From: Dehalococcoidia bacterium
Lineage (GTDB): Bacteria; Chloroflexota; Dehalococcoidia; Lucifugimonadales; UBA3495
Reading direction: 5' to 3'
DNA length: 64,000 nt
NCBI GenBank assembly: GCA_963665395.2
Contig: OY762251.1
Location: 432,151 to 496,150 of the forward strand
Position numbers and translations under genes: made by a program. The notes beneath the pieces were generated by a model that worked only from the letters and a program-made list of their open reading frames with translations, did no database searches and was not told where the DNA came from. Every line of letters begins with the position of its first letter. Position 1 is the first letter of the stretch. Of this stretch, positions 55,401 to 63,861 are shown piece after piece.

Positions 55401-57110
55401 CAGGTGCGCGCCGTCAACGTGGTGGGCGACGACAGCTACGAAAGCGGCTGGAGCACCGCCACCGTAGGCACGGTAGCCGCCCCCGACCAGGTGGGCAACC
55501 TACAGGCCCGCCGCACCCCCAACAACCTGACCAACATCATCGTCAGCTGGGATGCCCCCAGCGTCGGCGCCACGCCCGACGGCTACGACGTGCAGTACCG
55601 GGAAAACAACGGCGACTGGCAAACCGCGGCAACCAAGCAGGCCGGACTGACGTACACGCATGGCAACGCCAAAGGCGCCAGCAGCTACCAGTTCCGCGTG
55701 CGCACGGTCATTGAATCCGGCAGCGACGACGTACCCGGCAGCTGGCGCACCACCGGCACGGTGTCGAAGGTTCCGAATCCCGGCGCAGTGTCCGGCCTGA
55801 CCGCGGCCCGCACCGCCACCGACGAAACCAAGATCGACGTCACCTGGACGGCGCCCAGCGGAGGCACCACTCCCTCCGGCTACGATGTGGCGTACCGGGT
55901 CAACGGTAGCGGCGACTGGCAGACCACCGACTTGACGGTCACCGGAACCACTGCCGAGTTGACCGGCGCATCCGGCAACAGCACTTACCAGTTCCGTGTC
56001 CGCGGGGTCAAGACGCTCACCCACACCAACAACACGGTCGAAAATCTCGCGGGCAGTTGGAGAACGTCCAGCACGGTGCCGAAGGTGTCCGCGCCCAACC
56101 GGGTCACCGGCCTGACGGCGACGCGCAGCGACACCGACGAAACCAAGATTACCGTCACCTGGACGGCGCCCAGCAGCGGCGACACGCCTACCGGGTACGA
56201 CGTGGAGTACAAGCAGGACGGCGGCAACACCTGGAATACCGGGACGACCGTGACCCATCCGACCGTGACGCACACGTTCACCGTGGCCGGCGGCAGCAGC
56301 TACCAGTACCGGGTGCGGGCGTTCCGGACACTCACCAGCACCAACGAAAAGCTGGAGGGCAGCTGGACGACCTCCGGCACGGTGCGCGGCCTGCCGGCCG
56401 GCCCGGTAACCAACCTCACGGCGACGCGCAACACGGCGGACAAAACCACCATCGACGTGAGTTGGTCGGCGTCGAACCGGGCCACCGGGTACGACGTGCA
56501 GTACCGCAAGAACAGCGGCAGTTGGAGCACGGGGGCGAGCAAGCAGACCGGGCTGACGTACACGCAGACCGACGCCGGCGGGGTGGAGACTTACCAGTTC
56601 CGCGTGCGCGGCGTGTCCGGCGCCGGCAACGGCGACTGGACGGAATCGGCCCAGGTGGGGCCGCCGCCGCTGGAGTGGCAGGGCTACGAAGTCGGGCCGA
56701 CGGTGGCCGACGGCAAGATGGCGTGGATCACGCTGAAGATGGCCAGCGGCCCCTGGTGGTACGAGTACCGCAACCACGTGGGCGACTGGTCCAGCTGCAA
56801 GCGGGTGGCCGCCGGCAGCCACACCATCACCAACCTGCGCGCGCCGATTACGTATATCGTCGAGATCTTCGACGCTGCCGGCTGCGACAACGGCGACCGC
56901 ATCCGGCGGGAAAACATCACCACCGTGGACGTGCAAGACACGATCCTGGACGGCAAGGACCCCAACAACCACACCCACAAGCGGCAGTATCCGCGCCTGG
57001 GCGTCCTGGGCGAAGGAGATTGCGCGTCCGACCGGATGTGGCACAGCCACGGCTGGCCCAATAGCGGCAACTGGTACGGCCAGCACTGGCACTGCCAGAT
57101 TTACCAATAG
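52479..57110 (+). CDS. Large secreted protein (1543 aa): signal peptide, lower-GC N-terminal region, DUF11-like domain, six FN3 domains, C-terminal Cys-FN3-like domain and a His/Trp/Cys-rich tail
   Basis: Signal LVFVVLLALAALGAAAALALLPAAGQTASAQ. YTFHVGPAAELSVADG...LDLSNHGPDPSVAAKVAVQLP. FN3 repeats (V(T/S)WTAPS...GYDV.Y....G.W......YQFRVR) at about 54880-56680. MAWITLKMASGPWWYEYRNHVGDWSSCKRV..ITYIVEIFDAAGC. Confidence 0.85.
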   Translation: MPARRRVTSRRPLVFVVLLALAALGAAAALALLPAAGQTASAQGSASLEECHNLYLDMYVDNNDMHFTVANRNDEETIANVMVKFKRDAAADDDQTSQWTRAAATQFIAGYGTAWVSDAPDYIVHWLLPAVPPGTSYRARIGPGSSLAPVRQSISRNTVTMEQRVPGADTALCRTTREFWSRKGGTYVRAFAGVYKIGELSVDNRYPAPGGNVNFKVVGDSQDSVSASVKVQHTSGLEFQTEGTPPSNKAPVIKPTPQSPRTLPLAVWQHYNATTGVGEFYIGNEGVTSIAARPEISLTLPLKLKSGVSADGQCLTATITATPKYANPNTPGENYDDPADNTKTVCLGKPPTDELPVLLTDGPADLLNLVGCASRTDYPCEATDPATPNRVELVVAGNDAAVNAGMPYQYFQPEDVVVQIPDPAGRNTVTGESGIFWWSGSDQASTGANHPGIEPGVAGYNTSECLADKDPNNSPDDDPEYKGWKLAIANITDGQGNTIDHTPGSMTLWDISSVENHSFGYVDVDGGNNLGRELEYPDDKLCGTSFLYTYEFGKLGTYKVDFTNETKYQDANATAYSDTARYTFHVGPAAELSVADGDDVPALASGQTAYTLDLSNHGPDPSVAAKVAVQLPADATGVATVPANLGTFHAAGTTAGVAHGPYWIWDAGELLQSDFSRVAGRPQGGVVSLIVTGVSSGATATATVSNGNGSCSVSSTTLTHVIREADCKAVTGATWTAANPYTVCIDTDHLRLLDVTPKPANQTACEATTGNKWYAGTVLDHRPGNNTATLTARGGGAGLSGWSAAPGVGRPTVMLNWPAATAAVEYRIFRSADGKLGSYRQIKRVDQDTLTYTDAADVLKENETYYYQVEALYPNKRLADIYATSITATLKARSPHAPYSVSGLKAARTADNENIIAVTWTAPSNATAATRYDVQYQTRLGNTGNYGDWTAAATKQAGLAYTITGAGGGTSYRIQVRAVNVVGDDSYESGWSTATVGTVAAPDQVGNLQARRTPNNLTNIIVSWDAPSVGATPDGYDVQYRENNGDWQTAATKQAGLTYTHGNAKGASSYQFRVRTVIESGSDDVPGSWRTTGTVSKVPNPGAVSGLTAARTATDETKIDVTWTAPSGGTTPSGYDVAYRVNGSGDWQTTDLTVTGTTAELTGASGNSTYQFRVRGVKTLTHTNNTVENLAGSWRTSSTVPKVSAPNRVTGLTATRSDTDETKITVTWTAPSSGDTPTGYDVEYKQDGGNTWNTGTTVTHPTVTHTFTVAGGSSYQYRVRAFRTLTSTNEKLEGSWTTSGTVRGLPAGPVTNLTATRNTADKTTIDVSWSASNRATGYDVQYRKNSGSWSTGASKQTGLTYTQTDAGGVETYQFRVRGVSGAGNGDWTESAQVGPPPLEWQGYEVGPTVADGKMAWITLKMASGPWWYEYRNHVGDWSSCKRVAAGSHTITNLRAPITYIVEIFDAAGCDNGDRIRRENITTVDVQDTILDGKDPNNHTHKRQYPRLGVLGEGDCASDRMWHSHGWPNSGNWYGQHWHCQIYQ

Positions 57111-57114
57111 ACGG

Positions 57115-57247
57115 CAGGGCTTGTGCAAAGTCACCACGTAACCCTTTCCCGCTCATCCTGAGCTTGTCGAAGGATGCTCATTGCAATCGACAAATGGTTC
57201 GACAGGCTCACCATGAGCGTATGACAAGGGACTTTGCACAAGCCCTG
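57115..57247. repeat. MITE family B copy 3 (133 bp) with a perfect 9-bp target-site duplication
   Basis: aatagacgg at 57106..57114 and at 57248..57256. The first copy contains the TAG stop of the 1543-aa gene. Confidence 0.85.
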
Positions 57248-57280
57248 AATAGACGGCGGGCGGCCCCGCTTTCGTAAATC

Positions 57281-57392
57281 GTCAGAAGCAGGATTCGCCG
57301 GATTTGACGGATTACCAGGATTGAGCTCGTCCGACGGCAGCGTCGCGCCCAATCCGGTACATCCTATAAATCCGGTAAATCCTGCTTCTGAC
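57281..57392. repeat. MITE family A copy (112 bp)
   Basis: gtcagaagcaggattcgccggatt ... aatccggtaaatcctgcttctgac. Confidence 0.8.
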
Positions 57393-57477
57393 CATCCCAC
57401 TTGAGCGGCCCAAACCGTGATTCCCGGAAAACATACCGGGTATAATGGCGGCGCCGATCCACCACAGGAGCCGCCCC

Positions 57478-58407
57478 ATGGCAACCCAATCCGACCTGCT
57501 GTCCTTCGTTACCCAAGTCACCCGCCCCGACGACTTCGATGCGTTCTGGGACGGCGCGCTCGCCGACCTGGCCGCAATCCCGCTGGATGCCACCGCCACC
57601 GCCGACCCGCTGCGCAGTACCGGCGCCGTGCAGGTGTATCAAGCCGGCTACCGCAGCCTGGACGAGCTGGAAATCTTCGCGTGGTACAGCGTGCCGGCCG
57701 GCGGCGACGGCCCCTTTCCGGCCATCCTGCACCTGCCCGGCTACAAGTCGGAGCCGGCCTTGCGCCGCGATTGGGGCGGCAAGGGTGTGGCCGTCCTGTC
57801 GGTGGCCGTGCGCGGCAAGCTGCCCAGCAGCGCCGGGTTCAACCCCGGCTATCCCGGCCTGCTTACCTACGGGGTAGAGCATCGGGATACCTACAGTTAC
57901 AAAGGCGTTATCTCCGATTGCGTGCGCGGCGTGGACTTCCTGCTGTCCCGCCCTGAAATTGACCCGGAGCGGATTTACTGCTGCGGCAGCAGCCAGGGCG
58001 GCGGCCTTACCCTGATAACAACGGGCTTGCGCTCCGAGATCAAGGCCGGCGTTTCCGGCTACCCCTTCCTGTGCTGCTATCCCGAATCCATGCGGATGCT
58101 CCGCAGCTACCCCTACGACGAACTCTCCTGCTACGCTCGCGCCTATCCCGACCGGGTTGACCGGATGCTGGATACCCTGCGCTACTTCGACGCCGTGAAC
58201 TTCGCGCCGCGCATCAAGTGTCCCATGGCGGTGGGCATCGCTATGGAAGACGAGGTTTGCCCGCCGGAAACCGGCTACGCCGCCTACCGGCTGCTGGGCG
58301 GTGAGAAGGAACTGCGCCTGTTCCCGGAATCCGGCCACGGCAACGCCCACGAGTATCCCGCCTGGGAAGCGGCCTGGCTGCAACAGCGCATCAGCGTCGC
58401 CGCATAA
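57478..58407 (+). CDS. Acetyl-xylan esterase / cephalosporin-C deacetylase family (CE7, AXE1) alpha/beta hydrolase
   Basis: The start was moved to ATG 57478 (AGGAG 7 nt upstream). DFDAFW, nucleophile elbow CCGSSQGGGL, and C-terminal D...GHG. Confidence 0.8.
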   Translation: MATQSDLLSFVTQVTRPDDFDAFWDGALADLAAIPLDATATADPLRSTGAVQVYQAGYRSLDELEIFAWYSVPAGGDGPFPAILHLPGYKSEPALRRDWGGKGVAVLSVAVRGKLPSSAGFNPGYPGLLTYGVEHRDTYSYKGVISDCVRGVDFLLSRPEIDPERIYCCGSSQGGGLTLITTGLRSEIKAGVSGYPFLCCYPESMRMLRSYPYDELSCYARAYPDRVDRMLDTLRYFDAVNFAPRIKCPMAVGIAMEDEVCPPETGYAAYRLLGGEKELRLFPESGHGNAHEYPAWEAAWLQQRISVAA

Positions 58408-58419
58408 AGGTAATATCTG

Positions 58420-59313
58420 ATGGTCAGCCCATCGACGCACAACACCGCTTTTTGGGAACGGATTGAGGCCGGCCTGGCCGAAACCGCCCCCAACGTCGCG
58501 TTGGAACGCGACTCGTTCTACTCCCAGCCGGAGTGGGACGTGTACCGGATGCGCTACGACACCACCGGCGGCCACCGGCTGTTCGCCTGGCTCTCCGTTC
58601 CCCACGGCGACGGCCCCTTTCCCGCCCTGGTGCGGATGCCCGACTACGCCAGCGTCCACGACATCATCTACACGCCATTGCGCCACCGGGCCATCGTGAT
58701 GAACGCCACTCACCGGGGCCAGCGCAACAGCGACGGCCTGGCGCGGGCCAGCTATCCCGGCCTGCTTACGGACGGTATCGAAAGCGCCGATTCTTACCTG
58801 CTGCTGGACGCATACGCCGACGCCCTGCGGGCCTTGGATGCTTTGGCCGCGCAGGATGCGGCGGAAATCGGCCCATTGGCCTTGACCGGCGCGGGTCTGG
58901 GCGCCAGCCTGGCCCTGTCGGTGGCGGCGCGCCGTGCCGGCGTATCCGCCGTTGCCGCGGACACGCCGTTGGCCCTGGGCCATCCGGCGGCCCTGGAACC
59001 CGGCCTGGGCTACCCGCTGGCCGAGTTGGGCGACTACCTCCGAATGCGCCCGGAACGCCGGGATGCGGTGGCGGAACTGCTGTCGGTGATCAACCCGCTG
59101 CACAGCGCGCCGGCCGTGTCCGCTCCGGTGCTGATGAGCGTGGGCCGGTTCGACCGGAGCCTTTGCCCGCTGGCCTTTGGCGAAGAACTGGCCGCCGCAT
59201 TGCCCAACTGCGACCTGCGAGTGTACGACGGCGCCGCGGAGGGCGGCGGACACGTTCATGCCCAGGCGCGCGGGGCCTGGTTGGCGGAACGGTTGGGCGT
59301 GTCGGTTTCTTGA
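58420..59313 (+). CDS. CE7/AXE1-like paralogue lacking the nucleophile serine (GAGLGA instead of GxSQGG)
   Basis: Same fold landmarks (HRGQ, FDRSLCP, GGGHVH), but LTGAGLGASLAL aligns to CCGSSQGGGLTL of the neighbour. Confidence 0.7.
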   Translation: MVSPSTHNTAFWERIEAGLAETAPNVALERDSFYSQPEWDVYRMRYDTTGGHRLFAWLSVPHGDGPFPALVRMPDYASVHDIIYTPLRHRAIVMNATHRGQRNSDGLARASYPGLLTDGIESADSYLLLDAYADALRALDALAAQDAAEIGPLALTGAGLGASLALSVAARRAGVSAVAADTPLALGHPAALEPGLGYPLAELGDYLRMRPERRDAVAELLSVINPLHSAPAVSAPVLMSVGRFDRSLCPLAFGEELAAALPNCDLRVYDGAAEGGGHVHAQARGAWLAERLGVSVS

Positions 59314-59339
59314 CCCTCCGATTCACCGCCGCCTATAAT
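59310..59339 (+). promoter_or_regulatory. Candidate sigma70-like promoter for pheS (TTGACC, 18 nt, TATAAT)
   Basis: ttgacc at 59310..59315 and tataat at 59334..59339, 43 nt upstream of the pheS ATG. Confidence 0.45.
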
Positions 59340-59381
59340 TTTCTGTCTCTAATATTCCCAACCCTTTTGGTGTCCTGACTC

Positions 59382-60431
59382 ATGCCGCAAATCCCATCGG
59401 TAGAATCGATTGACGCGCTCACCGGCAACGCGCTGAGCGAGCTTGAGGCCATTGCCAACGCCGAAAATGTGGAGCAATGGCGTGTCGCCTATCTGGGCCG
59501 GCGCGGAGAGCTAACTACGCTGCTCCGTTCAATCTCCACGCTAGAACCTGATGAGCGCCGGGCCGTCGGCTCGCGGGCCAACCAGGCCAAGAACACGCTG
59601 GAGGAAGCCCTGGCCCGCAGGACGCGAGAAATCGCCCAGGCGGTTTTGGCCTCCCGCGACGCCCTGGACGTCACCTTGCCGGGTCGCCCGGTGGTCACCG
59701 GAAGGCTTCACCCAACTACTCAGATTGTGCGGGAGATTTGCAGCGCGTTCATCGCCATGGGTTTCAGCGTGGTCGAAGGCCCGGAGGTGGAGCTGGACCA
59801 CTACAACTTTGAGATGCTGAACATCCCCGCCGGTCATCCGGCGCGGGATATGTGGAACTCTCTGTGGGTGGACTACGTCAACGAGGCAGGCCAACAGCCC
59901 ATGCTGCTGCGAACCCACACCTCGCCCATGCAGGCGCGAGTGATGGAAGCCCAGGACCCGCCGGTGCGTGTAGTCGTCCCCGGCAAGTGCTACCGCTACG
60001 AGGCCACCGACGCCACCCACGAGTGGCACTTCTACCAGATTGAGGGCTTGGCCGTGGCCGAGGGCATCACCTTCGCCGACCTGAAAGGCACCCTGTACGA
60101 ATTCGCCCGTCGCGTCTTCGGCGAAGACCGCCAGATCCGCTTTCGCTGCGACTACTTCCCCTTCGTCGAGCCGGGCGTGGATATGTCTATCTCCAACTTC
60201 GTTGATCCGGAAACTGGCCGCCGCCCCATCAACCGCGATGAAGACTGGATCGAGATCATGGGCGCCGGCATGGTCCACCCCCGCGTGCTGGAAGGCGTGG
60301 GCTACGACCCGCAACGCTACACCGGCTTCGCCTTCGGCATGGGCCCGGAACGCATCGGAATGCTCAAGTACGGCATCGACGACATCCGCCACTTCTACCG
60401 CAACGACGTGAGGTTTCTGCGGCAGTTCTAA
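59382..60431 (+). CDS. pheS: Phenylalanine--tRNA ligase alpha subunit
   Basis: 349 aa. HP...V..EI...F..MGF, GHPARDMWNS, LLRTHTSPMQ, FRCDYFPFVEPG, GMGPERI. Confidence 0.95.
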   Translation: MPQIPSVESIDALTGNALSELEAIANAENVEQWRVAYLGRRGELTTLLRSISTLEPDERRAVGSRANQAKNTLEEALARRTREIAQAVLASRDALDVTLPGRPVVTGRLHPTTQIVREICSAFIAMGFSVVEGPEVELDHYNFEMLNIPAGHPARDMWNSLWVDYVNEAGQQPMLLRTHTSPMQARVMEAQDPPVRVVVPGKCYRYEATDATHEWHFYQIEGLAVAEGITFADLKGTLYEFARRVFGEDRQIRFRCDYFPFVEPGVDMSISNFVDPETGRRPINRDEDWIEIMGAGMVHPRVLEGVGYDPQRYTGFAFGMGPERIGMLKYGIDDIRHFYRNDVRFLRQF

Positions 60432-60446
60432 CGCGCGGACGGTGGT

Positions 60447-60689
60447 ATGATTGAGTACAGTTCGCATGCGCGGGAGCGAATGGCGGAGCGCGAAGTTACG
60501 GAAAACCAGATCGAGCTGTGTCTAGCCGACCCTGACAGGATTGAAGCGGACGATTTGCCTGACCGCATTCGTTATTTGCGGTGTGTGCCAGGCCACAGCG
60601 TGGCGCTCAGAGTGGTGGTACGCATTGTGCAGCGCAACTTCGTCATCACCGTAACTCCCGATAAAAGATTCAGGTGTCCACCGACATGA
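60447..60689 (+). CDS. DUF4258-family protein (putative toxin of a DUF4258/DUF2283 pair)
   Basis: MIEYSSHARERMAEREVTENQIELCL....LRVVV...FVITV pattern; 80 aa. The segment has lower GC than pheS and pheT. Confidence 0.65.
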   Translation: MIEYSSHARERMAEREVTENQIELCLADPDRIEADDLPDRIRYLRCVPGHSVALRVVVRIVQRNFVITVTPDKRFRCPPT

Positions 60690-61405
60690 AAAGCACACCA
60701 AGAGTGCGATGGGATGATGAGGGCGCTTGGATCAAACTGGCGGACCTCCCATATGAAGCCAGCGAAGAGATCGCTGATGGCTTTATAGTTGATGCTAGTC
60801 CTGACCATCGGGTCATTGGATTGGAAATCCTCTGGTCTGAATCTCAACGCGCTGGCTATCCAGAGGAGCCGGTGTTGGCATTCGGTCTTTTCTGTGCTGC
60901 GCTAGCCGGTTTGAGTTGGCAGTATAATGATTACCTGCGCAACTCGGCAAGGCATCCCGAAGTTGGTATGTATCGCCGCTTGAAGTGGATGATTGATGCA
61001 ACCAACCTCGACTTGCGGGTATCGCAGGAAACACCGGCCGGCGCCGATGATGGAGCGTCCTTGTTGGACTTGGCGATACTCGATAAATCTGACCGACCCC
61101 TAATCTGCGCAGAAATTAAACGGGGGAAGTTTCAGAGGGACATCGTGCATGACTACACCGCGTTGTTGAGCAGAACCACGCTGCCGTCCTATCCGGAAGC
61201 CATTGGTATTGGTGTGTTCATCGACGAAACCGGGCAAGGTTACCGCAACAGGCCGGTCGAACCCGGCGTGTGGACGGATTGGCACAACACGGATGTCCAA
61301 GGCAGTAAGGTTTGGGCGCACAACACGATACTGCCGCCATTGGGATCCAATTATCCATGGCTTCCCAAAGAACTCAGAGACCCCATGTTCAAGGCTCAGA
61401 TCTGA
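60686..61405 (+). CDS. DUF2283-like N-terminal domain fused to a C-terminal PD-(D/E)XK-nuclease-like domain
   Basis: The ATG overlaps the DUF4258 stop (ATGA at 60686..60689). N-terminus VRWDDEGAWIKL...EEIADGFIVDASPDHRVIGLEIL. C-terminus LLDLAILDKSDRPLICAEIKRG (D...ExK). Confidence 0.6.
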   Translation: MKSTPRVRWDDEGAWIKLADLPYEASEEIADGFIVDASPDHRVIGLEILWSESQRAGYPEEPVLAFGLFCAALAGLSWQYNDYLRNSARHPEVGMYRRLKWMIDATNLDLRVSQETPAGADDGASLLDLAILDKSDRPLICAEIKRGKFQRDIVHDYTALLSRTTLPSYPEAIGIGVFIDETGQGYRNRPVEPGVWTDWHNTDVQGSKVWAHNTILPPLGSNYPWLPKELRDPMFKAQI

Positions 61406-61406
61406 A

Positions 61407-63845
61407 ATGCTAATCCCCTTCTCCTGGCTCTCCCAGTACGTTGACATCACCCTGCCCCCTGACGAGCTGGCCCACCGCCTCACCATGGGCGGCGTCGAGG
61501 TTGGCGACGTAATCACCCGCGGCGGTTGGGACGGCTGCGTCGTCGGCTACGTCCGCGCCACTCGCTCCCACCCCAACGCGGACACCCTGACGCTGTGCGA
61601 AGTGGACCCTGGCGACGGGCCACCGATAGAAGTGGTCTGCGGCGCGCCCAACGTGGCCGCCGGCCAGAAGATCTGTTTCGCCCGCCCCGGCGTTACCCTG
61701 CTGAATATGCACACCGGCCGCCGTGAGGAACTCAAACCGGCTCGCATTCGGGGCGTGGTGTCCGAGGGCATGATCTGCTCCGAGGCCGAGCTGGAAATCA
61801 GCGACGAGCACGAGGGTATCATAGTGCTTCCCGACGACGCGGTGGTCGGCGCGCCGCTGGATGAGGTGCTGGGCGACACCTTCCTGGAACTGGAGCTCAC
61901 GCCCAACCGGGGCGACTGCCAGTCCATTCTCGGCGTGGCCCGGGAAATCGGCGCCCTCACCGGCCAGTCCGTGCGCGTGCCCGACGTGTCTTATGCTGAA
62001 GCCGGTCCGCCCGTGGCCACGCTGGCACGGGTCACCATTGCCGACCCGGACCTGTGCCACCGCTACACCGCCTCGGTGATCACCGGCATCACCATCGGCC
62101 CGTCACCCCAATGGATGCAGGACCGCCTCATTCGCGCCGGCCTGCGTCCCATCAACAACGTGGTGGACGTCACCAACTACGTGATGCTGGAGTTCAACCA
62201 GCCGCTCCACGCCTTCGATCTGGATACCGTCACCGACCGCCACGTAATCGTCCGCCGCGCCGCCGACGGGGAGAAGTTCACCACCCTGGACGGCTTGGAG
62301 CGCACGCTGACCGGCGACAATCTGCTCATCGCCGACCCGGCCCAGGCCATCGGCATCGGCGGCGTCATGGGCGGCGCCAACAGCGAGATAACGCCGGCCA
62401 CCACCAATATGCTCCTGGAATCCGCCACCTTCCATCCGCTGAACAACCGCCGTACCTCCACCGACTTGAACCTGCGCACCGAGGCCAGCCTGCGCTTCGA
62501 GAAGGGCTTGCGCCCCGAACTCGCCCCCATCGCCTTGCGACGTGCCACCCGGCTCATCCTCGAAACCGCCGGCGGTGCGGCTGCCGCCGGCATCATCGAC
62601 GTATTCCCCGAAGGCGACGCGCCGGTTGCGCCGGTGCCGCTGACCGTGGGACGCTTGCGCCAGCTGCTGGGGATGGACCTCGACATCGTCCGCGCCGAGA
62701 CGGTGCTGGGCAGTCTGGGCATCGTCACCCGCCGCGCCGGGCCGGATCGCCTGGAAGCTGACCCGCCCTACTGGCGCAGCGACATCGCCATCGAAGAGGA
62801 CCTCATCGAAGAAGTGGTCCGCATCATCGGTTACGACGAAGTGCCTACCACCATGCTGTCCTCGGCCATCCCTTACCATCAGCCCAACCCCATGACTACC
62901 CTGAAGGACGCCCTGCGCGACGCCCTGGCCTCCGCCGGGATGCAGGAAACCATCAGCTACCCGTTGGTCAGCCCGGACGATTTGGCCCGCCTGGGCCCGG
63001 GGCCGGATGGCGCTGACGAGAACGGTGGGGCCCTGCTCCGCGTCGCCAACCCCATGTCCACCGAGCAGGACGTGTTGCGTCCCACCCTGGCCGCCAGTGT
63101 ATTGAGCACATTGGCCTACAACCGGGGGCACAATGACGGTGGTTTCCGCCTGTTCGAGCTGGGACGGGCCTTCATTCCCCAGAGCGCCGGCCTGCCCCAG
63201 GAAGTTGAACTCGCCGCCGGCGTGATGTCAGGGCCGCGCTACGACGCCAACTGGCTGAACGCCTCCGAGCCGCTAGACTTTTACGACCTGTCTGGAACAT
63301 TGGCCGCGGCTCTGGGCCGCATGGGCGTCACCGTCGCCTTTGAGGCGGACGACCGGCCCTTGTTTCATCCCGGGCGATGCGCCCGCGTTGCCATTGGCTC
63401 CGGTAGTGGCGCCGGCATCGGCGTGGTGGGCGAGCTCCATCCCGGCGTTTGCGAAGCTTTTGACCTGGCCGGCGACCCGGTGATCTATTTTGAACTGCGC
63501 CTGGCCGATATGCTGGCCGCCGTCTCCGGCGACTCCGCGTCCGAAAACCGTTTCCAGTCCCTTTCCCGGTTCCCGGCCGCCAACCGCGATCTGGCCCTGG
63601 TGACGCCGGCGGATGTGCCGTCGGCCCAGGTGCAGCGACTTATCGAGCGGGTGCGCCTGGTGGAACGCGCCGAGCTGTTCGATGTGTATGTGGGAGAGAA
63701 CGTGCCGGAGGGAACCCGCTCACTGGCCTTCCGCATCCACTTCCGGGCCGCCGACCGCACGCTGACCGCCGAGGACGTGAACCGGGCGGTCAACGGCCTG
63801 ACCCGCGCGTTGGAACGGGAAGTCGGCGCAACGGTGCGCGCATGA
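61407..63845 (+). CDS. pheT: Phenylalanine--tRNA ligase beta subunit
   Basis: The start was moved to ATG 61407 (MLIPFSWLSQYVD, the canonical PheT N-terminus), 1 nt after the upstream stop. tRNA-binding, B3/4, B5 and FDX-ACB regions are recognisable. 812 aa. Confidence 0.93.
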   Translation: MLIPFSWLSQYVDITLPPDELAHRLTMGGVEVGDVITRGGWDGCVVGYVRATRSHPNADTLTLCEVDPGDGPPIEVVCGAPNVAAGQKICFARPGVTLLNMHTGRREELKPARIRGVVSEGMICSEAELEISDEHEGIIVLPDDAVVGAPLDEVLGDTFLELELTPNRGDCQSILGVAREIGALTGQSVRVPDVSYAEAGPPVATLARVTIADPDLCHRYTASVITGITIGPSPQWMQDRLIRAGLRPINNVVDVTNYVMLEFNQPLHAFDLDTVTDRHVIVRRAADGEKFTTLDGLERTLTGDNLLIADPAQAIGIGGVMGGANSEITPATTNMLLESATFHPLNNRRTSTDLNLRTEASLRFEKGLRPELAPIALRRATRLILETAGGAAAAGIIDVFPEGDAPVAPVPLTVGRLRQLLGMDLDIVRAETVLGSLGIVTRRAGPDRLEADPPYWRSDIAIEEDLIEEVVRIIGYDEVPTTMLSSAIPYHQPNPMTTLKDALRDALASAGMQETISYPLVSPDDLARLGPGPDGADENGGALLRVANPMSTEQDVLRPTLAASVLSTLAYNRGHNDGGFRLFELGRAFIPQSAGLPQEVELAAGVMSGPRYDANWLNASEPLDFYDLSGTLAAALGRMGVTVAFEADDRPLFHPGRCARVAIGSGSGAGIGVVGELHPGVCEAFDLAGDPVIYFELRLADMLAAVSGDSASENRFQSLSRFPAANRDLALVTPADVPSAQVQRLIERVRLVERAELFDVYVGENVPEGTRSLAFRIHFRAADRTLTAEDVNRAVNGLTRALEREVGATVRA

Positions 63846-63861
63846 GCAAGGAGCATCCGAC

